Origin: a virus
DNA length: 64,000 nt
Reading direction: 5' to 3' (one strand)
IMG/VR virus record: IMGVR_UViG_3300023296_000994
Shown: positions 9,956-19,675 of the stretch, in pieces
Numbering within the stretch: position 1 is the first letter of the stretch
How the letters are laid out: every line of letters starts with the position of its first letter
Position numbers and translations under genes: made by a program
The notes under the pieces: generated by a model
The model's database searches: none
The model's input: the letters and a program-made list of their open reading frames with translations, nothing else
Told to the model about the DNA's origin: nothing

Positions 9956-10654
9956 TTAAATTCCGAAGCGGTGCTTAAATATGTTAAAAATTCGTGTTAG
10001 TTCTGAGTCTGTGATTGGACGATTATAAATAAGCGTGGGGCCAATGTCACCATCAATTTCTCCGGCGTTTTGCCCGCGTTCGCCAACTTGGAAGTCGTTA
10101 CCATTGTCGATCGTATTAGCGGGAGCGCTCGTAGTGTTTACAGACACTTGTACGGCGTTTACGCCATAGTCGATATAATTTGAAGGGTCGTATCTGCCTG
10201 ACATCATCACCCAGCGGTCGGACACGTCAAATGTGGCGACGCCGGAATTTCTGAGCGTTGATACGGTTTCGGCAACGTAGAACCGGGCAGCGTCAGTTAA
10301 TGAATTACCCAGCGCCCACCCTCGATTTCCGCCGCCTCCCAGTACACCTACCCCGCCAACGTTTACGTTTGTAAATGGACTCTTAACAAAAAACACAACA
10401 GTCATACCTGTCGTTGGGTGCAAGGTTGCGTGATACGGTGTAGTGATTTTGTCGTCTACACCGGGCATCCTAAACACTCCGCCAAAGTCGGTAGATATTA
10501 GTCCATTAAGCATTATTTCGCCATGATTGCCATTAACCGATAAATCAAAAACATCTGTGCCGGTGCCGGGATAGCATCGTGGATTACCATAATCATAATA
10601 TAACATCAGACCATTTCTGGGTGGTATGTCTCGTATGCCAATTACTCCGGACAT
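9956..10654 (-). CDS. LamG/concanavalin A-like domain protein
   Basis: GLMLYYDYGNPRCYPGTG..DLS.NGNHG and GDIG...IYNRPIT..E...IFN. Start reassigned to MSGVIG at 10654 (TAATG overlap with the upstream stop). Confidence 0.8.
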   Translation of the reverse strand: MSGVIGIRDIPPRNGLMLYYDYGNPRCYPGTGTDVFDLSVNGNHGEIMLNGLISTDFGGVFRMPGVDDKITTPYHATLHPTTGMTVVFFVKSPFTNVNVGGVGVLGGGGNRGWALGNSLTDAARFYVAETVSTLRNSGVATFDVSDRWVMMSGRYDPSNYIDYGVNAVQVSVNTTSAPANTIDNGNDFQVGERGQNAGEIDGDIGPTLIYNRPITDSELTRIFNIFKHRFGI

Positions 10655-12372
10655 TATATTGACCTTACGATTGTTTTGATTTTCCAACTATCTGTATCTG
10701 TCTTACTTAATAAGTGAAGTTGAGATGCAGAAATTTCAGCCGATAAAAATACATTAGATGTAACGCCAATATCAGCTGTAGTTACTTCATTGAATGACGC
10801 GGTGCCATTATTCCATATTGCTGTTATATTTCCGGCACGTGCGTTAGATGCCGACGATACTGTATAATCGAAGAATGCTCCTTCATATGAAGATGTACTA
10901 ATTGAAAATACTGATTCCGTAACAGACGATGTAGTTGATGATATTAATGCTGTCGTATATAATGAACGTGCATTATATGTTCCAATATATGTTTCGTCAT
11001 TCGAATCAACTTCTAATATCGGTAAACCATATTCATTATTTACTGAGAATAGAGAACCCGTTAAACTGTCTGTGATACTGAATAATTCGCCGGATGTACC
11101 CTTAACCAAGAATACTGGATTAGCTGACCCTGATCCTTCAAGCGTTAGTATTGAATGTGATACAACTGACCCTGATAAATATATTGAACCTGTTATGTCA
11201 ATATCAGCTGATGCTGTTAAGTACGAACCTGACTGATACCAATCTGTATCTGAACCACCGCCGGCGGATGGAGCATATGATGCTGAAACGGCGTTTAATA
11301 CGTATGATGCTGTAACTGCATTTAGAATATAAGATGCTGTAACGGCTGTGTCACTGTATGATGCGGAAGCTATTCCAGTTAAACCAGAACCATCACCCAC
11401 ATGTGACCCACTAAATACAGACCCACTAAATGTAGTTCCATATACTGTATTCCATATTGCGGCCGTATGGCCTAAATCACTAATGTTTGTATATAATGGT
11501 ATCAACGCAGGCCCATCGATTACAACTGTAGTCGAACCACTTAATATTATTGTCTTTGCTTTTAGTTGAATATCATCTAATGCATTAACACTTATTATTG
11601 TTTCTTGTCCTGGGGTATTAGCATTTACATAAAATGTTGCACCATCACCATATAATTCTGAGGCATAAAAAGTTTTGTATTTATATCCATCATTAATTTG
11701 TACATCACCTGCTACAGATACACTTCCTGTTACAGTTAATGAACCGCTTATTATCGCACTTCCTGTATATGGGAATGTTGCTCCTGATCCGCCACTTAAA
11801 GCATAAGATGCTGTTACTGCGTGTGAGGCTGATAACACCGTCATTGACGATGATTGATCGGAGAATAAAATACTTCCCGAATCCATATAGTTCAATCTAC
11901 CGAAATCTCCGTAGGTTACAATTTTAGATTTATCGGTTGAATCCGATAGACTACCGAATAAAAAACTAGATGCCGAAAATGAACCCTGAAGTATAACATT
12001 ACGTGATGCAGTTAAAAACGTGCCATCATCATTCCAATCATAATCATCAGGAGCATATGATGCCGACAATACAGACATTGATGATGTCTGCGAATTAGTA
12101 ACAAAGGAACCAGTATCTATTGTAGCAGCCGATCCCGTATCAACTGTAATATCAAATGTAGTTGCGTTACCTTTCGTAAAAGTGATTACGTTACTGGCGG
12201 CAGAGGCAGTAACTAATAATGACCCAGTTATAACTCCTGATGCGGATCCGGATGGCCCTTGCGGTCCTGTTGGTCCCTGCGGTCCAAGTTCAACTACCGT
12301 AATAACAGTATCTAAACCGTTTATTACGGTCACTATATTACTTGTAGTATTTACATTTACACTATTAGACAT
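10654..12372 (-). CDS. Tail fibre-like virion protein with short collagen-like segment
   Basis: GPQGPTGPQGPSG, TASY/SASY repeats, V.GTSGELFSITDSLTGSLFSV module. Confidence 0.65.
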   Translation of the reverse strand: MSNSVNVNTTSNIVTVINGLDTVITVVELGPQGPTGPQGPSGSASGVITGSLLVTASAASNVITFTKGNATTFDITVDTGSAATIDTGSFVTNSQTSSMSVLSASYAPDDYDWNDDGTFLTASRNVILQGSFSASSFLFGSLSDSTDKSKIVTYGDFGRLNYMDSGSILFSDQSSSMTVLSASHAVTASYALSGGSGATFPYTGSAIISGSLTVTGSVSVAGDVQINDGYKYKTFYASELYGDGATFYVNANTPGQETIISVNALDDIQLKAKTIILSGSTTVVIDGPALIPLYTNISDLGHTAAIWNTVYGTTFSGSVFSGSHVGDGSGLTGIASASYSDTAVTASYILNAVTASYVLNAVSASYAPSAGGGSDTDWYQSGSYLTASADIDITGSIYLSGSVVSHSILTLEGSGSANPVFLVKGTSGELFSITDSLTGSLFSVNNEYGLPILEVDSNDETYIGTYNARSLYTTALISSTTSSVTESVFSISTSSYEGAFFDYTVSSASNARAGNITAIWNNGTASFNEVTTADIGVTSNVFLSAEISASQLHLLSKTDTDSWKIKTIVRSI

Positions 12373-12405
12373 TTATGCGTAGGTATCCCAATATATTGAT
12401 TTACA

Positions 12406-12414
12406 TATAAATAT
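12406..12414 (-). promoter_or_regulatory. Putative late promoter motif ATATTTATA
   Basis: Upstream of the gene starting at 12372. Confidence 0.6.
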
Positions 12415-12477
12415 CAATTTATATTAATTAACTACACAAAATATAGCGTAGTAACTATAGTATTCATACGGAAACTA

Positions 12478-14007
12478 TTAAACGACTGAGCCTGATATTA
12501 CGAATCTAATATTTTCAGTTTCAGTTTCAAATGTAATAGATTTCAATGATGTGAAATCAACTTCAATAGTAGGTTTTTCACTTCCTGTTGGAGGTAGGCT
12601 ACCTGTCGGTACTGGGTCAGGCAAAATGACTGTAGATACAATGGTTGGGTCTGGTGTAAGTTCTCCAGAATTATCTTTATCGCTCCAACCCAACGTAATA
12701 AAATCGCCGGTAGGTCCAAGTAACGTAGCATAATATTCATTAGTTAATGAATTTGGATAGTATCCTGTAACGTCATATTCACCCCAACTTGAAATAAAGT
12801 CTTCATATATTCTAAGTGATGGCTTACGTGTTGATTCAGCATCCTTATATAACAATCCGCCGTTAAAATATGCACCCGAATCATATGCATCCTTACAATG
12901 CCAAAACGTAGTAGCCATATGCTTATCCAATGAACTCCACATTAATACTAATCGCGTCATTAATACACCATGAGATTCCAATTGTGTGAATCCTTCCTGT
13001 ATAGGAGCTGCATTTTTACTTGTATCTATATTGGGCGATGATGACCAGCCGGTTTCAGTACAATACCAACCTGCAATATCAAATTCATGGCAGAGGTCAT
13101 TTACCCATAGTCCTAGTTCGTATGCATCAACAAATTCAGGAGAAGCGCCTGTGTCAGTACCACCTTGCCCTTGATTTTGGTTAAGTTCTCGCATGTACCA
13201 ATGGAACGAAATATAAACATCGGATGGTACTTTACCACCGAATAATACTTTCAAATGGTCTAGCATTCTACGTAGGAATTCCCTATCATTTTTAATTCCA
13301 ATTGGAGGACCGGTCACTATCTTAATTGTTTGAGAGTACTTACGAACTTCAGTATAAACTGCGTAATAAGCTGCTGCTGTTCCTTCGGCTGTAATACTAT
13401 TTGTTGCACCTATCCAATCGGGGTTTACGTTTGGTTCGTTTAATACTTGGATAATTTGAACTAGTCCCATACCTGCCTTTGGTGTGTTACTTAAATAACT
13501 TGGATGGAGATTAGTAATAGAATTAGGGTCATGTTGCCATACATCAGCTGAGTCAATAAATGCTGATGAATCATCTGCGTATCTAATTGCCACTTGTCCG
13601 GCGTATTTTCCAAGTTCAAACCATACACCAGGATTACCCTGATCTGGATAATCTGCTTCATTGATTGGCATTACTTTGGAAGGTGTACCTATTGTATCTT
13701 GAAACGGAAACTTACCTTGTAATGACCATATATTTTCAACACCTGCGTCTTTTAATAGCTGTAGGTATTCGTCGGTCCAAAAGCCCTGAGGCATACGTGC
13801 TGGCATAAATTGATTAATACTATCTACATTGAATCCAGGAGGGCCACCTCCTGCAACATATCTACGATTATCAACAAAGTGTCGATGTAGTTTTATGTTT
13901 AATAATCGATTGACGTAATTACCAGGTCTTACTGGATTATATAATGTATTACTTGATCCGTAATTTAAATACGTTGTTACACCTGATTGTTGTTTTAATT
14001 TTATCAT
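12478..14007 (-). CDS. Clan GH-A glycoside hydrolase-like protein
   Basis: QVLNEPN (acid/base), ISFHWY, YCTETGWS (nucleophile), GLL....RKPS; Pro/Thr linker at the C terminus. Confidence 0.75.
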   Translation of the reverse strand: MIKLKQQSGVTTYLNYGSSNTLYNPVRPGNYVNRLLNIKLHRHFVDNRRYVAGGGPPGFNVDSINQFMPARMPQGFWTDEYLQLLKDAGVENIWSLQGKFPFQDTIGTPSKVMPINEADYPDQGNPGVWFELGKYAGQVAIRYADDSSAFIDSADVWQHDPNSITNLHPSYLSNTPKAGMGLVQIIQVLNEPNVNPDWIGATNSITAEGTAAAYYAVYTEVRKYSQTIKIVTGPPIGIKNDREFLRRMLDHLKVLFGGKVPSDVYISFHWYMRELNQNQGQGGTDTGASPEFVDAYELGLWVNDLCHEFDIAGWYCTETGWSSSPNIDTSKNAAPIQEGFTQLESHGVLMTRLVLMWSSLDKHMATTFWHCKDAYDSGAYFNGGLLYKDAESTRKPSLRIYEDFISSWGEYDVTGYYPNSLTNEYYATLLGPTGDFITLGWSDKDNSGELTPDPTIVSTVILPDPVPTGSLPPTGSEKPTIEVDFTSLKSITFETETENIRFVISGSVV

Positions 14008-14031
14008 CTATTAACTTTAGTTTTGCTTTAT

Positions 14032-14058
14032 TATAAATATCAGTGAAATTGATTATAA
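14032..14058 (-). promoter_or_regulatory. 27-bp element TATAAATATCA-N5-ATTGATTATAA (plus strand), copy 1; contains the late promoter motif
   Basis: Both 11-bp arms are identical to those at 15307-15333. Confidence 0.7.
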
Positions 14059-14145
14059 ATAGGGTCTTTTCATTGTCCCTGCGACGTTCTCGGTAAATTT
14101 CTTGTCCAGCGAAAGTGTCCGCCGTTGTTCTAATGTAAATGCCAT
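14053..14145 (-). pseudogene. Gene stub or small ORF, copy 1 (MAFTLEQRRTLSLDKKFTENVAGTMKRPYL)
   Basis: Not in the ORF track. Near-identical 5' end to 15334-15417; terminates inside the 27-bp element. Confidence 0.65.
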
Positions 14146-14154
14146 GATGTTAGA

Positions 14155-14868
14155 TTATGGTACGTCAGTTGAGTAGATTGGCGGGTTGGTACTAACCTGG
14201 GTTATTGTGTCTGCTAAAGTGCCGGAATCTGTTAGGTTGTTTTCGCCCCTCAGCCAGTTTAACGGGCTGGTCGGGAGTAGGTCTAAATTGCCGGGGGTGC
14301 CGCCATTGTATAGGTCCGCAATGGCCGGGGCATAGTCAAAAAATGCCCACTCGTCTAAATATATCTCCCCTGATTTGCTCGACGCCAATATCTCAGCATC
14401 CCCCGTTGCTGACCAAGGCAGCGATGCGGGCGTGATCTGGGTGAATTTACTGCCCACCGCAAGACCATCAATATATAAATCAACATCGGCAAAGTCGTAT
14501 GTGTAGCTATTAGCAATAACAGCCACATGGTGCCAAGTGTTGTCATTTATCCCATAACTTGTTATTATCCTGTTTCTTAGGTTGCCGCCAAATTGTACAA
14601 GGTGGTCAAAATAGATATAGGTCGGGGCAAAACGAAGCCGCCAATAACCGGCACCCGGCGTGGATACCATTGTCAAAAATGGCAATTCAGTAGCAAATGC
14701 AACAGATGTTTTAATCCACATTGATAAGGCCCACGAATCGCCGGGGGCAACATTTGCTAAACAAGTCGCACCCGTCATTCTCCAAATCGAAGACTCGTAA
14801 AATGAATAGTCATTCGCAAAAGGTGGCGTTGCCTCATGCCCATGCCATGAATGATAAATTCTCGCCAT
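14155..14868 (-). CDS. LamG/concanavalin A-like domain protein, visibly GC-richer than the backbone
   Basis: SMWIKT, WHHVAV, LYIDG, LDEWAFF, LYNGG.PGNL; C terminus paralogous to 9241-9939. Confidence 0.8.
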   Translation of the reverse strand: MARIYHSWHGHEATPPFANDYSFYESSIWRMTGATCLANVAPGDSWALSMWIKTSVAFATELPFLTMVSTPGAGYWRLRFAPTYIYFDHLVQFGGNLRNRIITSYGINDNTWHHVAVIANSYTYDFADVDLYIDGLAVGSKFTQITPASLPWSATGDAEILASSKSGEIYLDEWAFFDYAPAIADLYNGGTPGNLDLLPTSPLNWLRGENNLTDSGTLADTITQVSTNPPIYSTDVP

Positions 14869-14869
14869 A

Positions 14870-15295
14870 TTATTCTAAATTTAAAAGAACCTTAAATACC
14901 GAACCTGTATCGGTTGGTGTATAATTGAATTGAATTGCATCACCATCTGAAATACTTTGTGATATAAATTCACTTAATCCATTTGAACTTGAAATGTATA
15001 ATGAACCGGAATCAATAGTTCCATTAACAATTGATTGTGTTGCAACTGTAAGCGTTGATGAATCTCTAAATGATGCTGTCGTTGCATATGATGTATTCGA
15101 TCCCAATGAAATCATATCAACATAATGTACGTCAGGTACTAGCCATTGAGACCCTGATAATTCACCTACTAATGATCCTGTTCCATTTACTACTTGTATA
15201 TTAACTGACCCGGTTGGTATTATTGTAGTGAATGGAGTATTATTCACATTAATTGAACCGGTTGGTATATTATTTACGCGTATTATTAAAGACAT
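14870..15295 (-). CDS. Hypothetical virion protein
   Basis: 141 aa, rich in TGS/SGS; resembles the C-terminal extension of the 466-aa protein (V.NGTGSLVGELSGS vs VINTAADPVGEISAS). Confidence 0.65.
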   Translation of the reverse strand: MSLIIRVNNIPTGSINVNNTPFTTIIPTGSVNIQVVNGTGSLVGELSGSQWLVPDVHYVDMISLGSNTSYATTASFRDSSTLTVATQSIVNGTIDSGSLYISSSNGLSEFISQSISDGDAIQFNYTPTDTGSVFKVLLNLE

Positions 15296-15306
15296 TTGTT
15301 ATTTTA

Positions 15307-15333
15307 TATAAATATCAATTAGATTGATTATAA
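15307..15333 (-). promoter_or_regulatory. 27-bp element TATAAATATCA-N5-ATTGATTATAA (plus strand), copy 2
   Basis: Arms identical to copy 1; only the 5-nt core differs (GTGAA vs ATTAG). Confidence 0.7.
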
Positions 15334-15417
15334 TCAGTTCTTCATGGTGCCCGCGATGCGTTCGGTGGTTTTCTTGTCCAGCGAAAGTGTACGCCTTTGT
15401 TCTAATGTAAATGCCAT
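15334..15417 (-). pseudogene. Gene stub or small ORF, copy 2 (MAFTLEQRRTLSLDKKTTERIAGTMKN)
   Basis: Not in the ORF track. Its stop codon abuts the 27-bp element. Confidence 0.65.
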
Positions 15418-15426
15418 GATTTGATT

Positions 15427-16242
15427 TTAATAAATCGTGTAGTAATTGTTGATGTTTGCCCTAATCCCGGCCTCGTTTGAAAATTGGTCTGTTTCGTACG
15501 TAATTATCTCGGCCATACAAGACCTGAACCCACGGCCAATTGAAGATGGTGGCCTAAAAAGAGAAGTTATTGTGATGTCTTTTATGACATCGGAATTAGT
15601 TGTTTGGGAATTGTTTATGTAGATGCTATTGGTTGGCCCATAGTTTACAAAGGTCTCTATGTAGGGGGAATTACTAGCAACAGTGTCAATTGAAAACAAA
15701 TTTTGTGCCCCCTTTGCGACGAATGGGAACCTCCCGGCAGAGGTACCGCCAATTGAGTAGCCATATGAAAGCAATGCGCCGGACAATATGTAATTCTGTG
15801 CGGATTGGGCGACTGGTTTTATAGCACAAAAAAGAGCATTGGTAACAAAAGAAGATGGATAATCATAGTACATAGTGCCTAGTTCAGCACTTATGGCAGG
15901 CTTCCCGGAAACATCATAAAACACTCCGTTTTTGAAATATGGCTTTTTCCCGGCTAAGAAAACAGCGTCCCTAGCATTACCAGACTGGTCGTAAATTATA
16001 TCAACATAGGTAATCCCGCCGTCAAGGTTGGAAAATGTTTGCGCCAACACGTCATCCACATCTTCACCTATAAATCCTACATCCAATGTGCCAGAAGAAT
16101 TGGATAGTTTATAAGCGTAAGTAGCTGTATTTTTTAGTTTTCTTGCACTTGAATACGCAAGATTCGCGCCTGGATACGTATCAAGTATCGGCGTGAACGC
16201 TGGCGCTGCCTCATGCCCAAAAAGGTAGTATCGCTTCGCCAT
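15427..16242 (-). CDS. Putative receptor-binding or concanavalin-like virion protein
   Basis: ILDTYPGA..AYS.ARKL, DVGF, IYDQSGNAR, MAEIITY...NINNYY; shares an N-terminal GHEA.P.F motif with 14155-14868. Confidence 0.65.
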   Translation of the reverse strand: MAKRYYLFGHEAAPAFTPILDTYPGANLAYSSARKLKNTATYAYKLSNSSGTLDVGFIGEDVDDVLAQTFSNLDGGITYVDIIYDQSGNARDAVFLAGKKPYFKNGVFYDVSGKPAISAELGTMYYDYPSSFVTNALFCAIKPVAQSAQNYILSGALLSYGYSIGGTSAGRFPFVAKGAQNLFSIDTVASNSPYIETFVNYGPTNSIYINNSQTTNSDVIKDITITSLFRPPSSIGRGFRSCMAEIITYETDQFSNEAGIRANINNYYTIY

Positions 16243-16358
16243 TAGAACTCCAAAGTTAAGGTAGTAACCGTGCCCGTGATGTCGAACGTAATATCTGCCA
16301 AACGTGCTGAGGCCGGCTTCCTACCTTGATTAATAAATAAGATTCTGTGTAAATTCAT
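16242..16358 (-). pseudogene. 38-aa chimeric ORF (MNLHRILFINQGRKPASARLADITFDITGTVTTLTLEF)
   Basis: Not in the ORF track. Its end (FDITGTVTTLTLEF) resembles the end of the adjacent 466-aa protein (FSISGSVTSVTLTF); TAATG-coupled to the next gene. Confidence 0.5.
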
Positions 16359-16364
16359 AGTGGA

Positions 16365-17765
16365 TTAAAATGTAAGTGTAACCGATGTAACAGAACCGGA
16401 AATACTAAAACTAGATGAAACCGATGCTGCAATAGATTGAGAAATAAATGAACCAGATGCTGGATTGCCATCAACTACAACAGTTGATATTGAGCCGGCA
16501 CCTGCTAAACTTTGTGACGTTACTGTATATGAACCAGACCAAGCAGGTGATATGAATGTATATGTTGTTTCCGTTCCAGCCAATGAAATTACGAGTTCAG
16601 GGTCTATACTGACTGCTAGACTTCCCGATGAAGCAATACTATATGAATCAGTTGTTCCATCGGGAAAACTTAATGATAATTGGGCGGGGTAACAATAACT
16701 GTTAATGTCAATTTCATAACTTGAGCTATATACGAATTGAGATGAAGTAATTACACTTGAATCTGGATTCAATACTGAAAATGTAACATCATCGATTAAT
16801 ACATTACTCGCGCTTATTTCTCCGACTGGATCGGCTGCAGTATTAATAACAGGTATGTCTTCGGTTGTAGATGCAGGAACAAGTGAATACAACACACCAT
16901 TAATATTAATTGTTGCATTCCCGCCTACCCCGGTACCGTTTGGTTGGCCGCCGCCTACTGTAAGCAATGAGTTGTTTTGAGTAATCAAATTACCATCTAC
17001 ACTTTCACCAAAATGAACAACGGCTCTGGTAAATACCTTTTGACTTTGTTCTGTGGCAGCTTTCTGTATATTATCAGGTATAATATATCCACGTAATTGT
17101 AACGAAAATGAAGTTCGAATTGCTCTATCTTCACCTTGATTTACTTCTACCGTGTTTGAAAAATTATCAATTGCTGTTGAAAAAATAAAACGTTTTGGGT
17201 CGCCCCAGAAGGCGCCTTCTGCATAATTTATAGCTTCAATAATTTTATTCATTTGGCCGATGAAATCAGTCCAAATAATAAATTCATATGTTAAAGTTAC
17301 ATAATCAGGAACAACAACTCTATGTAATTCCCTTACTGGAATTCTACCAATTAACCTATCTATGTCATCATACTTATTAACCGGTGAACGTTGGTTTGTT
17401 ATGTACTGATGAATTTGAGGATTATTTGCATCTACATTACGTGATAAACTTCTATCCTTTTCAATGGATGTGCGCTTATACATGATAAGAGGTACTTGTG
17501 TCTTTCCTTCTTTATCTCTATAGAATGTAGTTTTTTGTACTGATTTCCATCTTTCTGGGCTGCCATAGATAACAGGCACCATTGATGATTCGTTATTACT
17601 ATCAACTACATGTGGCTTTATATGATTATCTATATAATACTTCACGGCTTCATCATGCTCGTAAAGTCCTACGGTAATATTTGCAACGTCATCATTTCTT
17701 CTAATAACATTGGCTCTATTTACCGTTTCTTGTTTAGACTTGTTTGCAGTTGGTTTCTTTGCCAT
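16365..17765 (-). CDS. Tail completion/sheath stabiliser-like protein (gp15-like) with C-terminal extension
   Basis: VPVIYGSPERW, PLI, PDYVTLTYEFIIWT....MNKIIE, F.L.LRGYIIP; follows the neck genes. Confidence 0.65.
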   Translation of the reverse strand: MAKKPTANKSKQETVNRANVIRRNDDVANITVGLYEHDEAVKYYIDNHIKPHVVDSNNESSMVPVIYGSPERWKSVQKTTFYRDKEGKTQVPLIMYKRTSIEKDRSLSRNVDANNPQIHQYITNQRSPVNKYDDIDRLIGRIPVRELHRVVVPDYVTLTYEFIIWTDFIGQMNKIIEAINYAEGAFWGDPKRFIFSTAIDNFSNTVEVNQGEDRAIRTSFSLQLRGYIIPDNIQKAATEQSQKVFTRAVVHFGESVDGNLITQNNSLLTVGGGQPNGTGVGGNATININGVLYSLVPASTTEDIPVINTAADPVGEISASNVLIDDVTFSVLNPDSSVITSSQFVYSSSYEIDINSYCYPAQLSLSFPDGTTDSYSIASSGSLAVSIDPELVISLAGTETTYTFISPAWSGSYTVTSQSLAGAGSISTVVVDGNPASGSFISQSIAASVSSSFSISGSVTSVTLTF

Positions 17766-18283
17766 TAGCTGTAATATAGATTATCTGGATTTCCAGTGTT
17801 TGTTCTTTCAATTGAAAGATTTGAACGTCTTGTTAAATGAGCACTACATATGATTGAATGATTGCCACCAAATGTACCACCAACATGATCAGTATCAGGA
17901 TTCTTTCCTACCACAAATTGATTTTCAATAATCCCACCTACTTCCCAGAAATTTTCATTCCATTTTATAATATCACCTATTTCCATAACAATGTCCGCGT
18001 CATCTTTTAACGTGTCACGTAAAAATGCAAATGTCATGGATTGGTTTACATCTGACCCGAAGTCATCTGAATTCCATTGTTGATCATCTCTACCAATTAA
18101 ACATGGTATTCTAACAGGCTGCTTATATACTTTATTTATAGCTTCATCATATAGACTTTCTTGTACATCTGTGATGGATAGCTTAAATACATCTACAGTA
18201 ACATCGATGATGTTATTGATAAGTTCTTTATTTAAATGTCTGAAAAGAGAGATATCCCTTTCGCCACCATACATTGCACACAT
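17765..18283 (-). CDS. Neck/head-closure protein (gp14-like)
   Basis: ELIN, SLYDEA, FG.D, EIGDII.W....WEV; syntenic position. Confidence 0.6.
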   Translation of the reverse strand: MCAMYGGERDISLFRHLNKELINNIIDVTVDVFKLSITDVQESLYDEAINKVYKQPVRIPCLIGRDDQQWNSDDFGSDVNQSMTFAFLRDTLKDDADIVMEIGDIIKWNENFWEVGGIIENQFVVGKNPDTDHVGGTFGGNHSIICSAHLTRRSNLSIERTNTGNPDNLYYS

Positions 18284-18290
18284 TATAATT

Positions 18291-19448
18291 TTATCCTAAG
18301 TATATACCAAGTGGAATTCGACCTAAAGTATCTTGTTGAAATTCAGATATATCTTTTTGCTGTTCCATTGTATTTCTACTTGAAGCAGCTTCTAAATCTT
18401 CTCTCAATTGAGCTACAAGATTTTCCTTTTCAGTTGCGCCTTCTGTACGAAGTGTATCACCGTCAAGCGTTACATCAGCCCCTGGAATAGGAATAGAACT
18501 ATACTTACTTCTTATGTTACCTAATAATTCTTTAACTAACGCAACTGTATACTTACGTATCCATTGTTTTCCAGGGTCATTTATTTGAGAGTATACCATG
18601 TTATCATATGGCACATTCGAATAGTCTGATATTTCACCTTGACCGCCTGTTGGTCCGAATGGATTTGACCGGTCACTGTTAACTATATAATGGAACCAAA
18701 GATCGTAATTTGATGTACTTGTTGGTCGCGGGAATATAGTTACTTGATTATTTTTTATATTGAAACTAAAAGCAGATCGTCTAATTGTATCATTAAATTC
18801 AATAGACTGCATTCTTAGTAAGTCATCATACATCGGCATCATTAAATAATTAACTGCGGGACTAAATTGCCCCCAACCGAATCCCGATAGCATTTGAGAT
18901 GTTCCTTGGCCGGAGCCCATATATGGGTCAAAGAATCGTGTTATAGCAGGCGATGCTTCATGAAACACACGTTTAACTTCTATTCTATTTCCACTTTCCG
19001 ATACATCGGCCCAAAGTGCCTGTAGGTCATAGGTCTGTTTACCACCCACCACGTTGATTGAGCCGCTCTTATACGTGACATCTCCCCCAGAACCACCTTC
19101 ACTACCATAAGTTTTACTAATGTCTATAATACGTGACAGGTTAGGTGTTATGTTTCTATGAGTTAGATTGGAACCGGTTGATGCACCCTTTAAATTCAAT
19201 AGGTTTTCACGTATATTAAATTGATTGACTTGAGCACCATATTCATTTACAGCTTCCTCGAAGACAGCATAAAATGAACACGCCTGTAATTCAATATCTA
19301 CTATAGGATATCCAAGACGTTTTGCAGCCCAAACGGCCACGGCTTCGGCATCACATTGAAACGTAGTGTCACTATCATATAATCCAAACGGAGTATCTCC
19401 TGGATAAAATGATGAACTACCTGGCCAAATTGGAATTGATACACTCAC
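18291..19448 (-). CDS. Neck protein (gp13-like)
   Basis: RLGYPIVDIEL, WIRKYTVALVKELLGNIRSKY..IPIPG.DVTLDG. Confidence 0.8.
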   Translation of the reverse strand: MSVSIPIWPGSSSFYPGDTPFGLYDSDTTFQCDAEAVAVWAAKRLGYPIVDIELQACSFYAVFEEAVNEYGAQVNQFNIRENLLNLKGASTGSNLTHRNITPNLSRIIDISKTYGSEGGSGGDVTYKSGSINVVGGKQTYDLQALWADVSESGNRIEVKRVFHEASPAITRFFDPYMGSGQGTSQMLSGFGWGQFSPAVNYLMMPMYDDLLRMQSIEFNDTIRRSAFSFNIKNNQVTIFPRPTSTSNYDLWFHYIVNSDRSNPFGPTGGQGEISDYSNVPYDNMVYSQINDPGKQWIRKYTVALVKELLGNIRSKYSSIPIPGADVTLDGDTLRTEGATEKENLVAQLREDLEAASSRNTMEQQKDISEFQQDTLGRIPLGIYLG

Positions 19449-19675
19449 TTACTTAGTTCCTTATTAATTTTTTTGAGAATTGAATTTATTTGTTTAATCG
19501 ATTTTCCGCGTTTCACCGGAATAATGGTATTCGATGTTATATTTTTTTGTGCATTAAGATAGGATGATGCATTTCTTTTTTTAATAATACTGGACCTATC
19601 ATTTACACGGAGCCAATGACCCCGACACCAGGTACTATTTGTAGTACCACCACAACCACATTTACAAACATTCAT
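19445..19675 (-). CDS. Small basic protein with CxCGCG motif; possible homing endonuclease remnant
   Basis: MNVCKCGCGG....WCRGH; translationally coupled to both neighbours. Confidence 0.55.
   Translation of the reverse strand: MNVCKCGCGGTTNSTWCRGHWLRVNDRSSIIKKRNASSYLNAQKNITSNTIIPVKRGKSIKQINSILKKINKELSK

Noticed and set aside
14032-15333. CRISPR array or integron attC sites from the 27-bp repeats
   Set aside because: Only two copies 1.3 kb apart, no regular spacers, no cas or integrase gene, no GTTRRRY ends.
14053-15417. Diversity-generating retroelement template/variable repeat pair (the two MAFTLEQ repeats; also 8812-9228 vs 13650-14007)
   Set aside because: Mismatches include non-adenine changes (G/T, T/C, G/C) and are often synonymous; no reverse transcriptase in the window.
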